Notes under the pieces: generated by a model | The model's input: the letters and a program-made list of their open reading frames with translations, nothing else | The model's database searches: none | Told to the model about the DNA's origin: nothing | Part shown: piece by piece, positions 43,401-55,900 of the stretch | Layout of the letters: the number at the start of each line of letters is the position of its first letter | How positions within the stretch are numbered: position 1 is the stretch's first letter | Assembly: GCF_001194135.2 (NCBI RefSeq) | Contig: NC_068994.1 | Location: forward strand, 5,890,944-5,954,403 | Direction of reading: 5' to 3' | DNA: 63,460 nt | Origin: Octopus bimaculoides | Lineage: Eukaryota | Made by a program: the position numbers and the translations under genes

Positions 43401-46400
43401 TGTCACGGTCAACTTTGTCCTTCATCCTCCAGGTTCAATGAAATAAAATACCAGTCAAGTTGTGGTTGAAAGTACTCAACTAACCCCTCTCTCGGGTCCT
43501 GTGCTCTTGAATCGGTGTGGAGCTGGCAGCATTGTTAGCCTACCAGACAAAATGATTTGGTCATTTCTTCTGACTATATGTTCTGAGTTCAAATTCTGCA
43601 TAGGCTGACTTTGCCTTTCATCCTTTTGGGGTCAATGAAATATCAGTTGACTACATTGTCGACAGAGGTCAATGTGATCAACAAGCTCCCTCCCACAAGA
43701 TTTTAGGCTTTGTGCCTATAGCAGAAAGGATTTTTATTGTTGTTGTTATTGTTATAGTTGCTGAAAATGTCTTGGAACTACTGGTCCGACAGGCTTGACT
43801 CGAAGTATGACCAACGACTCATCCCCTTGACTCAAAGAGCTCAAAGTTTCTATCGGTGAGATCATTTCTTACACTCATATTTTATTCCCTGTTTTGTTCA
43901 ATGAGCACTAGTTTACTGGTTGTCATGCTATATCTTTCACCAGTATTTACTTCTTTTGCTGGTATCACAAATGCTATCAACATATGTGTGTGTGTGAAGG
44001 ATGCAGAAGTGTACGTAAGTTTTCTTTATAGGCAAAAGAATGCTAAAGTACTCATGCACTTGTCTTATGATGTGTGATCAGTGAACCATGAAACATGTTC
44101 AGGCAATCTCCTTTATTTTCTCTCTACATCTGTTTAAAGTTCTACAGCAAAACTGCTGTTTATCTTCTTTAAATTTATCTCAGGTGTTCTGATACTGGCC
44201 ATGTTGTGTATAAATATTTATTAGTATATATATGTGTATGTGTATAGATATGTATATATGAGCACCAACACAGCACACACATTCACACACACACATACAA
44301 ACATGCAAAGGGCTTCAACACAGTTTCCATCCACTAAATTTTGCTTGCAAGACATTCATCAGGCTCAGAATGTGATAGGAAAATTTTCTCAAGGTGCTGC
44401 TCAGTATGATTGAACCCAGAACCAGGAGGTTGAAAAGTAACCCCCCTAACCACACAGACATACCTCTATTCCTATAACTTGGAATCTTGGGGTTAGTAGC
44501 CCACGCTCTTAACCACTATGCCATATGCCCGTGGGCATGTAAATAATATTTTTCTCTTTTTCTTGTTGTTCCACAGACTTCGTCTTCTTCAGAAATTCTT
44601 TGATGCTTGGTTCCATTATACAGCCTGGAGAATTCAATGTCAGGTATGTTACATATCCAACTGGAACCTGAGTGCCAGTTTTTAACGAAACAGTCAGATG
44701 ACCTTTCTCTGGGTGTTGCCTGAGATAGCCATGTACATAGCTGTAGAACTGTCTTAGATGTGAGAGCAAGTAATCTATACACAGACAGACTGATAGATAC
44801 ACACACACACACACACAAAGTAGGCCTGTGAAAGAAGGGTACAGCCAGTATATTGGTCCGGGACCAAGAGGACTAGAGAGGGGTTATGACTAGCTATTGA
44901 AGCTCTCCCTAAAAAAAAAACTCAGCACCTCTGAATTTTGAAACCATCTTGAAGCCCAAAACTGGTTTTCTTTTACCTGGTCGAACTTCTCTTGGAGGCC
45001 TTGTGTGTGTGGTGGGAGCAGCATTTGTGTGCATATGCATGTGTTTTGGTGAAAAATATAAACCTCAGCAACAGACAGGTAAATTTTAAGCAAAATTTCT
45101 TTACAATATGTGAACGAGTATTTGACCCATTAAAAACATATAAATAGTGATGCTATTGATCACAAAATATGACATAAAATTCCTTAAAAAATTAACAGAA
45201 AGTTGATTGTTGTTCTCCGGCACATGATTGATATAACAAATAAGAAGTGAAAGGCATTTTGCTTGTGGTTCTTTGCAGGCTCAACACAGCAGAGCCAAAG
45301 CTCACTTCTACGTAACCATTTTGCCAAAGGTGTTTTACCACTGGACATTGTATGTTGACCAACAGAAGTACCAACGGGCCATGTCACAGCAGGCTGAAGA
45401 ATACTGGAGGTAATTATTAACATGTGTATATGCATATATATCAAAAGGATGTGTTATAATACTATTCCACATATACAAAAACAGCCATACCAACAATCCA
45501 ACATAACTCCATCATCAGCTGCCCCACGGATATCATTACAGTTTCAACACCTGAGCAGTACCATTCAATCCACTGATGTCAACAGCACTAAAATAAGCGT
45601 TGTTTGGGAACAAACAAACCAAAGAAACCACAACTTTCAAACACATTTACCCAATGTACAACCGTATCGATAAATAGGCCTTCCACGTGGATAGGAAAGC
45701 CTTCTTTTTTCTGTTGAGAGCTTATATGCCCCTTTATTAGACTATTTTCCTTAGTCATTGCATGATGATCGCTTATAAGCTTTAAGCTTATATAAAAATA
45801 CCATTATTATTATTTACAGAATTGTAAACTCGACACCATATAAAAAAGCATTCGCACTGAAAGCATTTATATATATATACAGATATAGATAGATACATAC
45901 ATATATATACATAACATACATACATTCACAGATATATATATTTATGTGACGATTACAACATTTGTCTCTAAAACATTGTTACATTTGAAGATAGTTAAAA
46001 CAAGCATCTTCTCTTTTGTCGCAGAGATAATTTGACAGCCAAAGTCTTTGCTCTTTGGCAAGAAGCAGCTGTGAAGAAACATGAAGTACGTCGTATGGAA
46101 GTAATGGTAAGTTGTGACATTGTATACCATTGTAGATCACTGTATCGACCAGGTTACTAGATGTGGTCGTACACTGTTGGTCACAATGCGCTTCCTTGCA
46201 TTGTTGTAGCTTTCGAATGACGTTACCCTGAACTGGCTTGGCAGGCAAGCCACCATCTCCTCTGAACAGAATGCTAGTCCACCATGGGTTTATCCATTTA
46301 TAGATTAGTGGACTGGAACAATGTGAAATGAAATGGTTTGCTCAAGAACACAACATACTGCCTGGCCTGGGAATTGAAACTGCAATTTTGGGATCATAAG

Positions 46401-46637
46401 TGCAAAACACCACTATATATATATATATATATGATTCGCCATGATAGATTGCTGACCACTACATTTATATTTTTTTTCTCCTTGTTTCTCTCCTTATTTC
46501 TTTCTGTGTTCCTTTCAGTTGAAGAGCATAGGCTCGAAATGTCAAAGATTTTCTCTATTCCTGAGCGTTAAACTAATACATCCATTTGTTGTTTACACCA
46601 CCTGTCTTCGACTGTTGTTTTTTTCGTAAATTCTCCC

Positions 46638-46677
<40 letters not shown>

Positions 46678-49600
46678 GCACACATTTATAAACCCACTGA
46701 GATACATCTAAATGTGTAAATGTTGAATGTTGTTTCTAAGTTTTGCTGGTTATTTAGAATTTTGTTTTCTTGTGTAATCTTTTTCTCAGGCAATTGTCCA
46801 TTACAATAGAGTAACAATGTGTAAGACTCTAGCAACATGGAAGAAAAGGACCTCACAGTGCCACCTGGTGGTAGGTAATTTTATATCTTAACTGGAACCT
46901 AGAGTAGTAGTTGTCGTCGTCCATGTTGTTGTTATTTAGCTCCAGATCAGCTCTGGTTGGACAGTCAGACCTTGGGTCCTATTTTTTATCTTCATGCAGA
47001 GAACACTGGACTTCATAATGTGACATGTCTTCTTTTCAGATGGTAGTGGTGGTGATTTCAGGGAGATTTAGCAGGTGAAGCAAACATATAGAGACTCTTC
47101 TATTGACTTGTAACTATTACACTACCTTCTGGTGTTCAGTTGAAACTTTGGAAACGTTAGAAACTTTGGATTCAGTTGAAACACCTTTTAATAATAATTT
47201 TTTCTACTATAAGTACATGGCCTGCAATTTGGAGGAGGAGGGCTACTCGTTTTGATCCATCTCCACAGTGCCATCTGGTGACCAGTAGTAACATCATGTT
47301 TGCTGAATAATGAATACGCACAGCACATGAGAACAGTTAGTCTCTTATCTGTGATGAGGGCCACTGAGTCACCACTATACCGTGGATGAGAGTCCAAAAA
47401 TCTACCCACTGTCTATGGAGAGTATTTGATCAAAAGTGTTTCAGCCATGACCATCCTGTGTTATTTATTAATGTACCGGCAGTTTTTTTCCCCAATGTGC
47501 TGGTATGTCATATCAGAGAGTTTGAGAAAGACCTGCAAGCATAGATGAGAAATTAGCAAATGAAAGATAATGATGAGTGAATGTATATTGTTTTTAGCCC
47601 TTAATTCTAGTCAGAATATATTGCTGTGTTGCTACAACACAGTCTCCAGCACAACCTGTATAAAGATGCTCTCTTTTATTCTCTGCAGGACGAAGCTTGT
47701 TACCATCGGCAGAAGGCTACACTGCGGAGATTCTTTCTTGCTTGGAGACAATATATAGAGGACATACACAATATGTAAGTATACATACATATATACTGTA
47801 TCTGATATAATCTATATTGATCATCATCATCATAACATTCACTTTCCTATGCTTTCAGATGGATTTATTGAGGGAGATTTTTTTTCCAGCCATCTTGCCC
47901 TTCTTGTTGTCACTTTTCATAAATTACAAAGCAAGGTAATGTTTCCCCCACGACTGGACATGTTTACATGGAAGATTGGAAGCAAAGGATATTACTTGTA
48001 TAATGGTGAGGGTTGCTTGCAACTATCATGTATGTCAAGACAAGGAGATGCAAACACATGTACATATGAGGCACATGCATAGCTATGTGGTAACAAGGTT
48101 GCTTCCTAGCCACATGGTTCTGGGTTCAGTCCTACTGCATTGTCTTCTACTACTACAGCCCTAGAAATCAAGCCAAGACAGACTATGGAACCAGGTGCAG
48201 CCCCAGGCCTTACCAGTTCCTGTCACTTTGTCCAACCCATACCAGTAGAGGAAAACAGACCTTAAATGATGATGATGATGATACAACCACCAAATTTGTG
48301 AAAACCGTTCCTTACAAGTCTTTATATCTCTGGAATATTTCTCTTGCAGGAATCGTCTTGAAATGCTTGCAACAGTCTGTTACTACAGCCACATTCAACG
48401 CAGATGTTTAGCAGCCTGGATTCAGGTATTTACACTTTGTGTGTGTGTGTGTATGTGTATTCGTCACCGAATCTAACTGTTTGTGACTTGTTTCTTTGGG
48501 GGTACGTGAAGAGCACAGTTTGCGTACTGCCACTACCTGCTAAAATTGGAAGAGATAAAAATTTCGATCAGTGAAGCAGTTCGCATGATAACTCCAGATA
48601 TGCTGCAGAGCGTCTGGACCGAACTGGATCATCGCAACGATGTTTGCCGAGTAACCAGAGGGGCACACATTGAGTGCCTTTAATGCTACCCTATACCACA
48701 TGAAACTGAATGAAATCCTGTATCTGAAGCTACTAACTGTGAAAGATTATTACAATAAAGCTACATGTTATACCTGTTTGGAATCAGTATTTTTGTGGAT
48801 ACCCTGTATATTTATATTTATAATTTTTCTTGTGCAGTATCATCAAACGTGTCAACAGAAGCAATTGATCTACAAACACGCACAGCAACGTCATGAATCA
48901 CATCTGTATTGTAAATATTTCTTTGCCTGGCGTCTCTACATCACGCAATGTCATTCAATTAAGATGGAAGCCATGAAGATGTTCCAGACTGCACGTCACA
49001 AGATACTGAAGTAAGTCTTCCCAACCCTTACAATCCACCCACCCTGTCTCTCATTCAGCTTTGCTTTGTCAGCCATCTTGTATTGATTTACTGGACAACT
49101 ATCGGTTGGAAGAAATTGATGAGTCATCATTGTCTAACTTTTCCATGTTTGCCTGAGTCAGACGAAAGTCTACACTAAATATATATATGTATAAATACGT
49201 GTGTGTGTGTGTGTGTATATCATCATCATCGTCATCATCATTTAATGCTCACTTTCCATGCTGGCATGGGTTGGACGGTTTGACTGAGAACTGGCAAGCC
49301 AGGGGGCTGCACCAGGACCCAATCTGATTTGGCAAGGTTTCTACAGCTGGATACCCTTCCTAATGCCAACCACTCCGAAACTGAAACAGCTGTAAATGTT
49401 CTTGAACTACAATTAAACTATGACCTTTTAATACCAATGATCAACTTCTCATTGTTAATTGTTGCTCCATTTCTTTTCTTATATATATATAGAGAGAGAC
49501 TTAGAAATATTAATAANNNNNNNNNNNNNNNNNNNNNNNNNNNNNNNNNNNNNNNNNNNNNNNNNNNNNNNNNNNNNNNNNNNNNNNNNNNNNNNNNNNN

Positions 49601-49936
49601 NNNNNNNNNNNNNNNNNNNNNNNNNNNNNNNNNNNNNNNNNNNNNNNNNNNNNNNNNNNNNNNNNNNNNNNNNNNNNNNNNNNNNNNNNNNNNNNNNNNN
49701 NNNNNNNNNNNNNNNNNNNNNNNNNNNNNNNNNNNNNNNNNNNNNNNNNNNNNNNNNNNNNNNNNNNNNNNNNNNNNNNNNNNNNNNNNNNNNNNNNNNN
49801 NNNNNNNNNNNNNNNNNNNNNNNNNNNNNNNNNNNNNNNNNNNNNNNNNNNNNNNNNNNNNNNNNNNNNNNNNNNNNNNNNNNNNNNNNNNNNNNNNNNN
49901 NNNNNNNNNNNNNNNNNNNNNNNNNNNNNNNNNNNN

Positions 49937-49990
<54 letters not shown>

Positions 49991-52900
49991 GCCTGTGTAA
50001 GAGCGTGTATATTTGCATATGCCTCTATATAAGTGCATGTGCAGGTTTATGTGTTCATGAGAGGGTATATACATAAGTGTATGTGTGTGTGCATGTTTTT
50101 AACTTTGTATGCATGTATGTATATATTGTTTTGCATATTTGTATAAATAAATTTGGTGTGTTTTACAGAGAGAGGTTCAGACACTGGTATACAGTCAGCA
50201 GACATGGAGTGCACAATAGACAGCAAGAGCAAACAGCTGCAGTATTTTACAACAGAAATTTACTCTCTAAGGTTTGTTGCTTTCATTTCCTTTGTGTATT
50301 TCCTAGTTAATTTGTCGTGTGTGTATCATTATCGTCGTCGTTTAACGTCCACTTTCCATGCTGGCATAGGTTGGACGATTTGACTGAGGACTGGTGAACC
50401 AGATGGCTACACTAGGCTCCAATCTGATCTGGCAGAGTTTCTACAGCTGGATGTCCTTCCTAATGCCAACCACTCCGAGAGTGTAGTGGGTGCTTTTACA
50501 TGCCACCGGCATGAGGTCCAGTCAAGCGGTACTGGCGACGGCCATGCTCAAAATGGTGTTTTTTACATGCCACCTGCACAGGAGCCAGTCCAGTGGCACT
50601 GGCAACGACCTCACTCAAATGTCTTTTCTCGTGCTTCCGGCACAAGTGCCAGTAAGGTGACGCTGGTAACAATCGCGCTCAAATGGTGCTATTTACGTGC
50701 CACTGGCACAGAAGCCAGACAGCTGCTCTGGCAATGATCACGCTCGGATGGTGCTCTTAGCGCTCCATTGGCACCATGATAATGATATATGTGTGTGTGT
50801 GTGTGTGCTCATATGTGATTGTATGTCTGTGTATATATGTGAATATGCATGTGTGTGTCAATGTTTATTGTCTGCACTGCTGGCTACAAACGGTGATGTT
50901 TGTTGACATTACCCTCTCAACAAATCACACACTGGCTTTGTGAGTGGAATATATCCTGCCAAACTTGGAAAACAGAGAAGGGTAAGCAGCAGGAAGGACA
51001 TTCGACTGTAAATGTATTCACCTAACCCATACCAGCATGGAAGCATGGGGGTAAAACAAACAAACAACAACAAACATCACCACTACTGTTATCACTACTA
51101 CTACTACTACTACTACTACTGCTGCTGCTGTTGTTGGCTGTGTAAATGTCCCTTTTTCTTTCTCTCACATCACAGATCATGTTCACATGGAGGGCCTACT
51201 CTGCTATCCATGCCTACAAGAAATCCGAGACCAGAAGCTGGGTGGCCACAGTTCAAACTACATTGGAGCAACGTAAGTAGGGTTACTATTCAGCATTTTT
51301 TTCTGTGGACCTTTTTAATTCTTATTTTGCTCTGGTGGACCCTCGTATCTATTCAATGTTTTAAAAATCCTATTTTTATTAGTAAATATTTTTTGGACCC
51401 TTGAGGGTCATATGGACCTTGGTTGGGAACCACTAAATCCTTTATATTTTTTTTTAAATACTTTTATTTTGGAATGAGATCTTATGTATTTGCTTTTATG
51501 CAAACTGTCAAATGTTGCTCAAACATCCTGTATATATATATATATATAATGTATAGTTTAAGACAATCAGTAAGTTGTCATAATAGTACTTAGAGTTTCA
51601 AATGCCGGAGCTAAGAGCTACAATGCATTCTCATCGGCTGTTATTTTTATTATTATTTTTTTTTTATTATTATTATTATACACACACATGCATATATATG
51701 TTTGTTTATTTATTCAGGTCGTTTGTGGCGAATGTACAATGTGTGGCAAACCCAATACCAAAAGTCGTTGCTGGGTCGTCTCCAGTGGCAAACAGCAATT
51801 GTACATCACCGAAGAAAACTTCTGTCCAAAACTTTTGCTGCCTGGACTCATTGGGTTGTCAACAACTACAAGAAGAAGGTTAGTATATATCATCATCATC
51901 ATCATGACGTGGCCAATGACAGTACCACCTGATTGGCACTCGTGCCAGGGGAACATTAAAAGCACATCCGAGCGTGGTCGTTGCCAGGGCCATGGATTGG
52001 CTCCCGTGCTGGTGACACATGAAAAGCACCATTTGAGCGTGATTGTTGCTAGCATCGCCTTACCGACATGTGCCAGTGGCACATGGAAAACAACATTTGT
52101 GCGTGGTCATTGCCAGTGCCGCCAGACTGGCTCCCATGCAGGTAGCACATAAAAACACCTTTTGAGCGTGGTCATTGCCAGAACCTCCTGACTGGCCCTC
52201 ATGCCAGTGGCACGTAAAAAGCACCCACTACACTCTCGGAGTGGTTGGCATTAGGAAGGGCATCCAGCTGTAGAAACATTGCCAGATCAGATTGAGCCTG
52301 GTGCAGCCTTCTGGCTCGCCAGCCCTCAGTCAAACCGTCCAACCCATGCCAGCATGGAAAGCGGACGTTAAACAACGATGATGATGATATATGTATAGAT
52401 ACTTATTGTATCTGATGGAATGGATGGGCACTGCCTTTAACACGGCCTTCCTGGTCTTTTGAAATTGATGCTGGCAATGTTCTTCTTAAGCTATTGCCAA
52501 TTGAGAAGGATGATATACAGAGGAGAAAGGACTGAATGCAATGGGTTGTGTGGTGCTTAAATGGTTGAGTTGAATTGAACATGGGTGGCGGGGTGAGAAG
52601 AAAAGGAATGATGAAAGAGTTTGGTTTGCATGAGGAGAGAATGCACAAAACTAACCGACATGAAGGTGCAGAGACTGTTGTAGTTACAGTATAAAAATAC
52701 AGGAGGAGACACAGGTTGTCTGTAGGCCAGGGGCTGGAGAATGGCTTTAAAACAAGGAGGTTTAGATTAGATAATGTAGTTTAAGATACAGTGCTGACCT
52801 CACTAGTGTTGCTGGGCTAAAAAGAAACACCCAGTGCACTCTGTAAAGTGGTTGGCATAAGAAAGGGCTTCCAGCTGTAGAAACCTTGCCACATCATTAG

Positions 52901-55900
52901 AATTTCAAATATGTGAGATGATGCAGGATTAATTCCAAACATTGTGAATAAATAAGCATTATATTTGAAGGTTTAATCTAAATGTTAAAGGGCTAAACAT
53001 TGGAAGGTTAGTGCAGGTAGAATCCTGATTATAGTCCTACCCATTTTAAGCTGACCTGGGGTTAAACAACATCAACTTCTTTACCACACAGGCATGCATG
53101 CACTTACTTTAAACCTATACAACCCTCATGTTGATTAAAAGACCAATTACTACCTTTAGTTTTTGTCTTGTAAATGCTAAAGGGCTGATATCTGTGTTGC
53201 AGCTTCTGAAGATGCAGGCCGACTGGTTCAACCAGACACGGATCACAATAGCTGCCTTTGCTGTGTGGCAGCAACAACTGGAGCTCTCCCGTGTAGAAAA
53301 CCAAAAAACATACATTGCACTCTGGCACTGGAGTACAACACTGCAACGTAAGGTAAGTGTTGCACTGTCTTTTATTCCTTTACTTGTTTCAGTCGTTGTT
53401 TCTGTGGCCATGCTGGGACAGCGCCACCCTGGAAAGTTCAGTTGATGAAATCAACCTTCGTACTTACTTTGAGTGTGGTATTTATTCTATCAATTTCTTT
53501 TGGGGGTTGAACTGTTAAATTACAGGTTGTAAACAAACCAACTCTGTTTGTCAAGCAATGAAAGACAAACACAAAGATCCATCCATCCATACATACATAC
53601 ATACATACATATATACATACATACATTCATTCATTCATTCATTCATTCATTCATTCAATCAGTCAGTCAGTCAGTCATCATCATCTTAACATTCACTTTC
53701 CAAACTTACATGGATCAGATGGAATTTGCTGTGGCAGATTTTCTATGGTCAGATATCCTTCCTGTCACCAATTCTCACCTGTTTCCATACAAACTATTGT
53801 TTCCCCATAATCAAAAAAATTTTCCCTCAGGATTGGAAGCAAACAACACCACTTGTATGACAGTGACTCCCATTTTACAACTATTAAGCAATGTCAAGTT
53901 AATACAATTCACACACATACATATATCACCATCATCAACATCAACTTTTAACATCCATATTCCATGCTGGCATGGGTTTTATATATATCAATATATATTT
54001 GCTTTTATATACAAGCTTCTGTAAGTTTCCCTCTACTAAGTCTGCTCCCACACACACACACACACACACCCATAATGTGTATGATTACTTTTTGCAGGTT
54101 TTTAGAGGATGGAGGAAGTTTGTGTGTGACAGCGTTCGGAAGAAGTCCCGTATCCAAGCTGCTTGTGAGAGCCGTCGGAGACGTCTACTACGACAAGGAT
54201 TACAAAAATGGTTGGCCACCGCAGATCAGTTGGGTCGCTGGAGAAAAAGTTTTGCCCAGACACAGCAGACACAGGTTTGTTATCCCTGCCAAGAGGAAAC
54301 ACCTTCAGTTTGTGTCTTAACGCTTTAACTAATCTAGAAATTAATCCAGGTTGGGGGGAGGATCATGAGACCCAGCTTCTTTATTTATATAGGCACACAG
54401 TAAGGTCGTGGGTTCAATTCCTGGTGATGCATTCTGTCCTTGAGCAAGGCACTTTATTTCACATTGCTCCAGTCCACTCAGCTGGTGAAAACAAGAGAAA
54501 AGAAAGGGTGGTGTTGTATAACATAGCATTGTATTGTGTAATACATTGTAGTGCAGGGGAGTGTTATGTACAGAAGTGTAATGGACTGTTGTATAGTATA
54601 GGGTAATGTAACAGAGGTGAAGGTGTGCGGCTTAGTGGTTTGGGTATTTACCTCACAATCGCAAGGTCATGAGTTCAATTCCCTGTGGAGTTTTGTGTCC
54701 TTGAGCAATACACTGTATTTCACATTGCTCTAGTCCACTCAGCTGATAAAAATGAGTTGTACCTGTAATTTAAAGGGGTCAGCCTTGTCACATTCTGTGT
54801 CACTCTGAATCTCCCTGAGAACTATGTTAAGGTTACATGTGTCTGTGGAGTGCTCAGCCACTTGCACGTTAATTATATGAGCAGGCTGTTCTGTTGATCA
54901 GATCATCTGGCACCTTTGTCATCGTAATCAACAGAGTGCCACTTATAACAAGGGAGAGACCTAGTAATTTCACATGGCCCCAGTATATTCCTAGCACGAA
55001 GATCAGAAAAAATTAAACACCAATCAAGTTCTAGTATCAATTTAATTCATTAACCCCCTTCTCTCGTCCCCAAATTCTCACCCTTATACTTATGTTAGAA
55101 ACAATAATTATTACTATTGTCATCGTCATCATATTTCTTTCTCTTTGCAGGAAGCCCTGTCCACATTCTGCCTTGCACAGAAGTTTGCTTTGCGCTGGAA
55201 ACTGTATGTTAAAAGGCGCCAGAAGTTGCATTGTGACAGTGACTCAAGACCACATTCGTCTCAGCTCTTGTGCTTACCCAAACTCCAAAATATTCCGAAT
55301 GCCCCACTACACAGTGCAATTTCCTCATCCAAAGATTCAACAATCAATCGTGGAAGCTGGAGGTAATATCCTGTTTCTCTATACAAACCATTTTTATTGC
55401 CATCAGTTTTGCATTTTCAAGCTCAGAGCTGAGAAAAGTAATAAGGAGGATACAAGGAGGCAGTTGAAAAAACCCAGCTTCTATATATGGCTGAAGCTAG
55501 AAGACAAGATGGCTTGAAAGCCATAACATGCTGACTGGGAAATAGCGCCACTAGATGAGGCTGGCTGACACTTAAGTAGCATCATTGATTGACAGGTGGG
55601 CCAAGGTAGTAGTCTCGTTCATAGCATGCCCTCCTCCTCCTCCTGGTTCAAAGGCTTGTACCATCAAACATTTGTATGTCACCCATATGTGTTCTCAAAG
55701 GTATTTTTCATATCAGACACGTCAACATCGACTACACATCTTTATGTCAACTCTGTTTTCCTATCAAACATATTTCTGTGTCAAAGCCATCCACATCAAG
55801 TATACATCTCTGTTGAGCAACTGACCCAGGCAAACATATTCTATCTAAACAAATATTTGTGTCAAAGAGTTGTCTGTCCAACATACTAAAATCCCTGTGA

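Noticed and set aside
47350-47430. GTGATGA...CTGA...TGGATGA as an intronic C/D snoRNA
   Set aside because: Box spacing is wrong, and there is no terminal D box or stem
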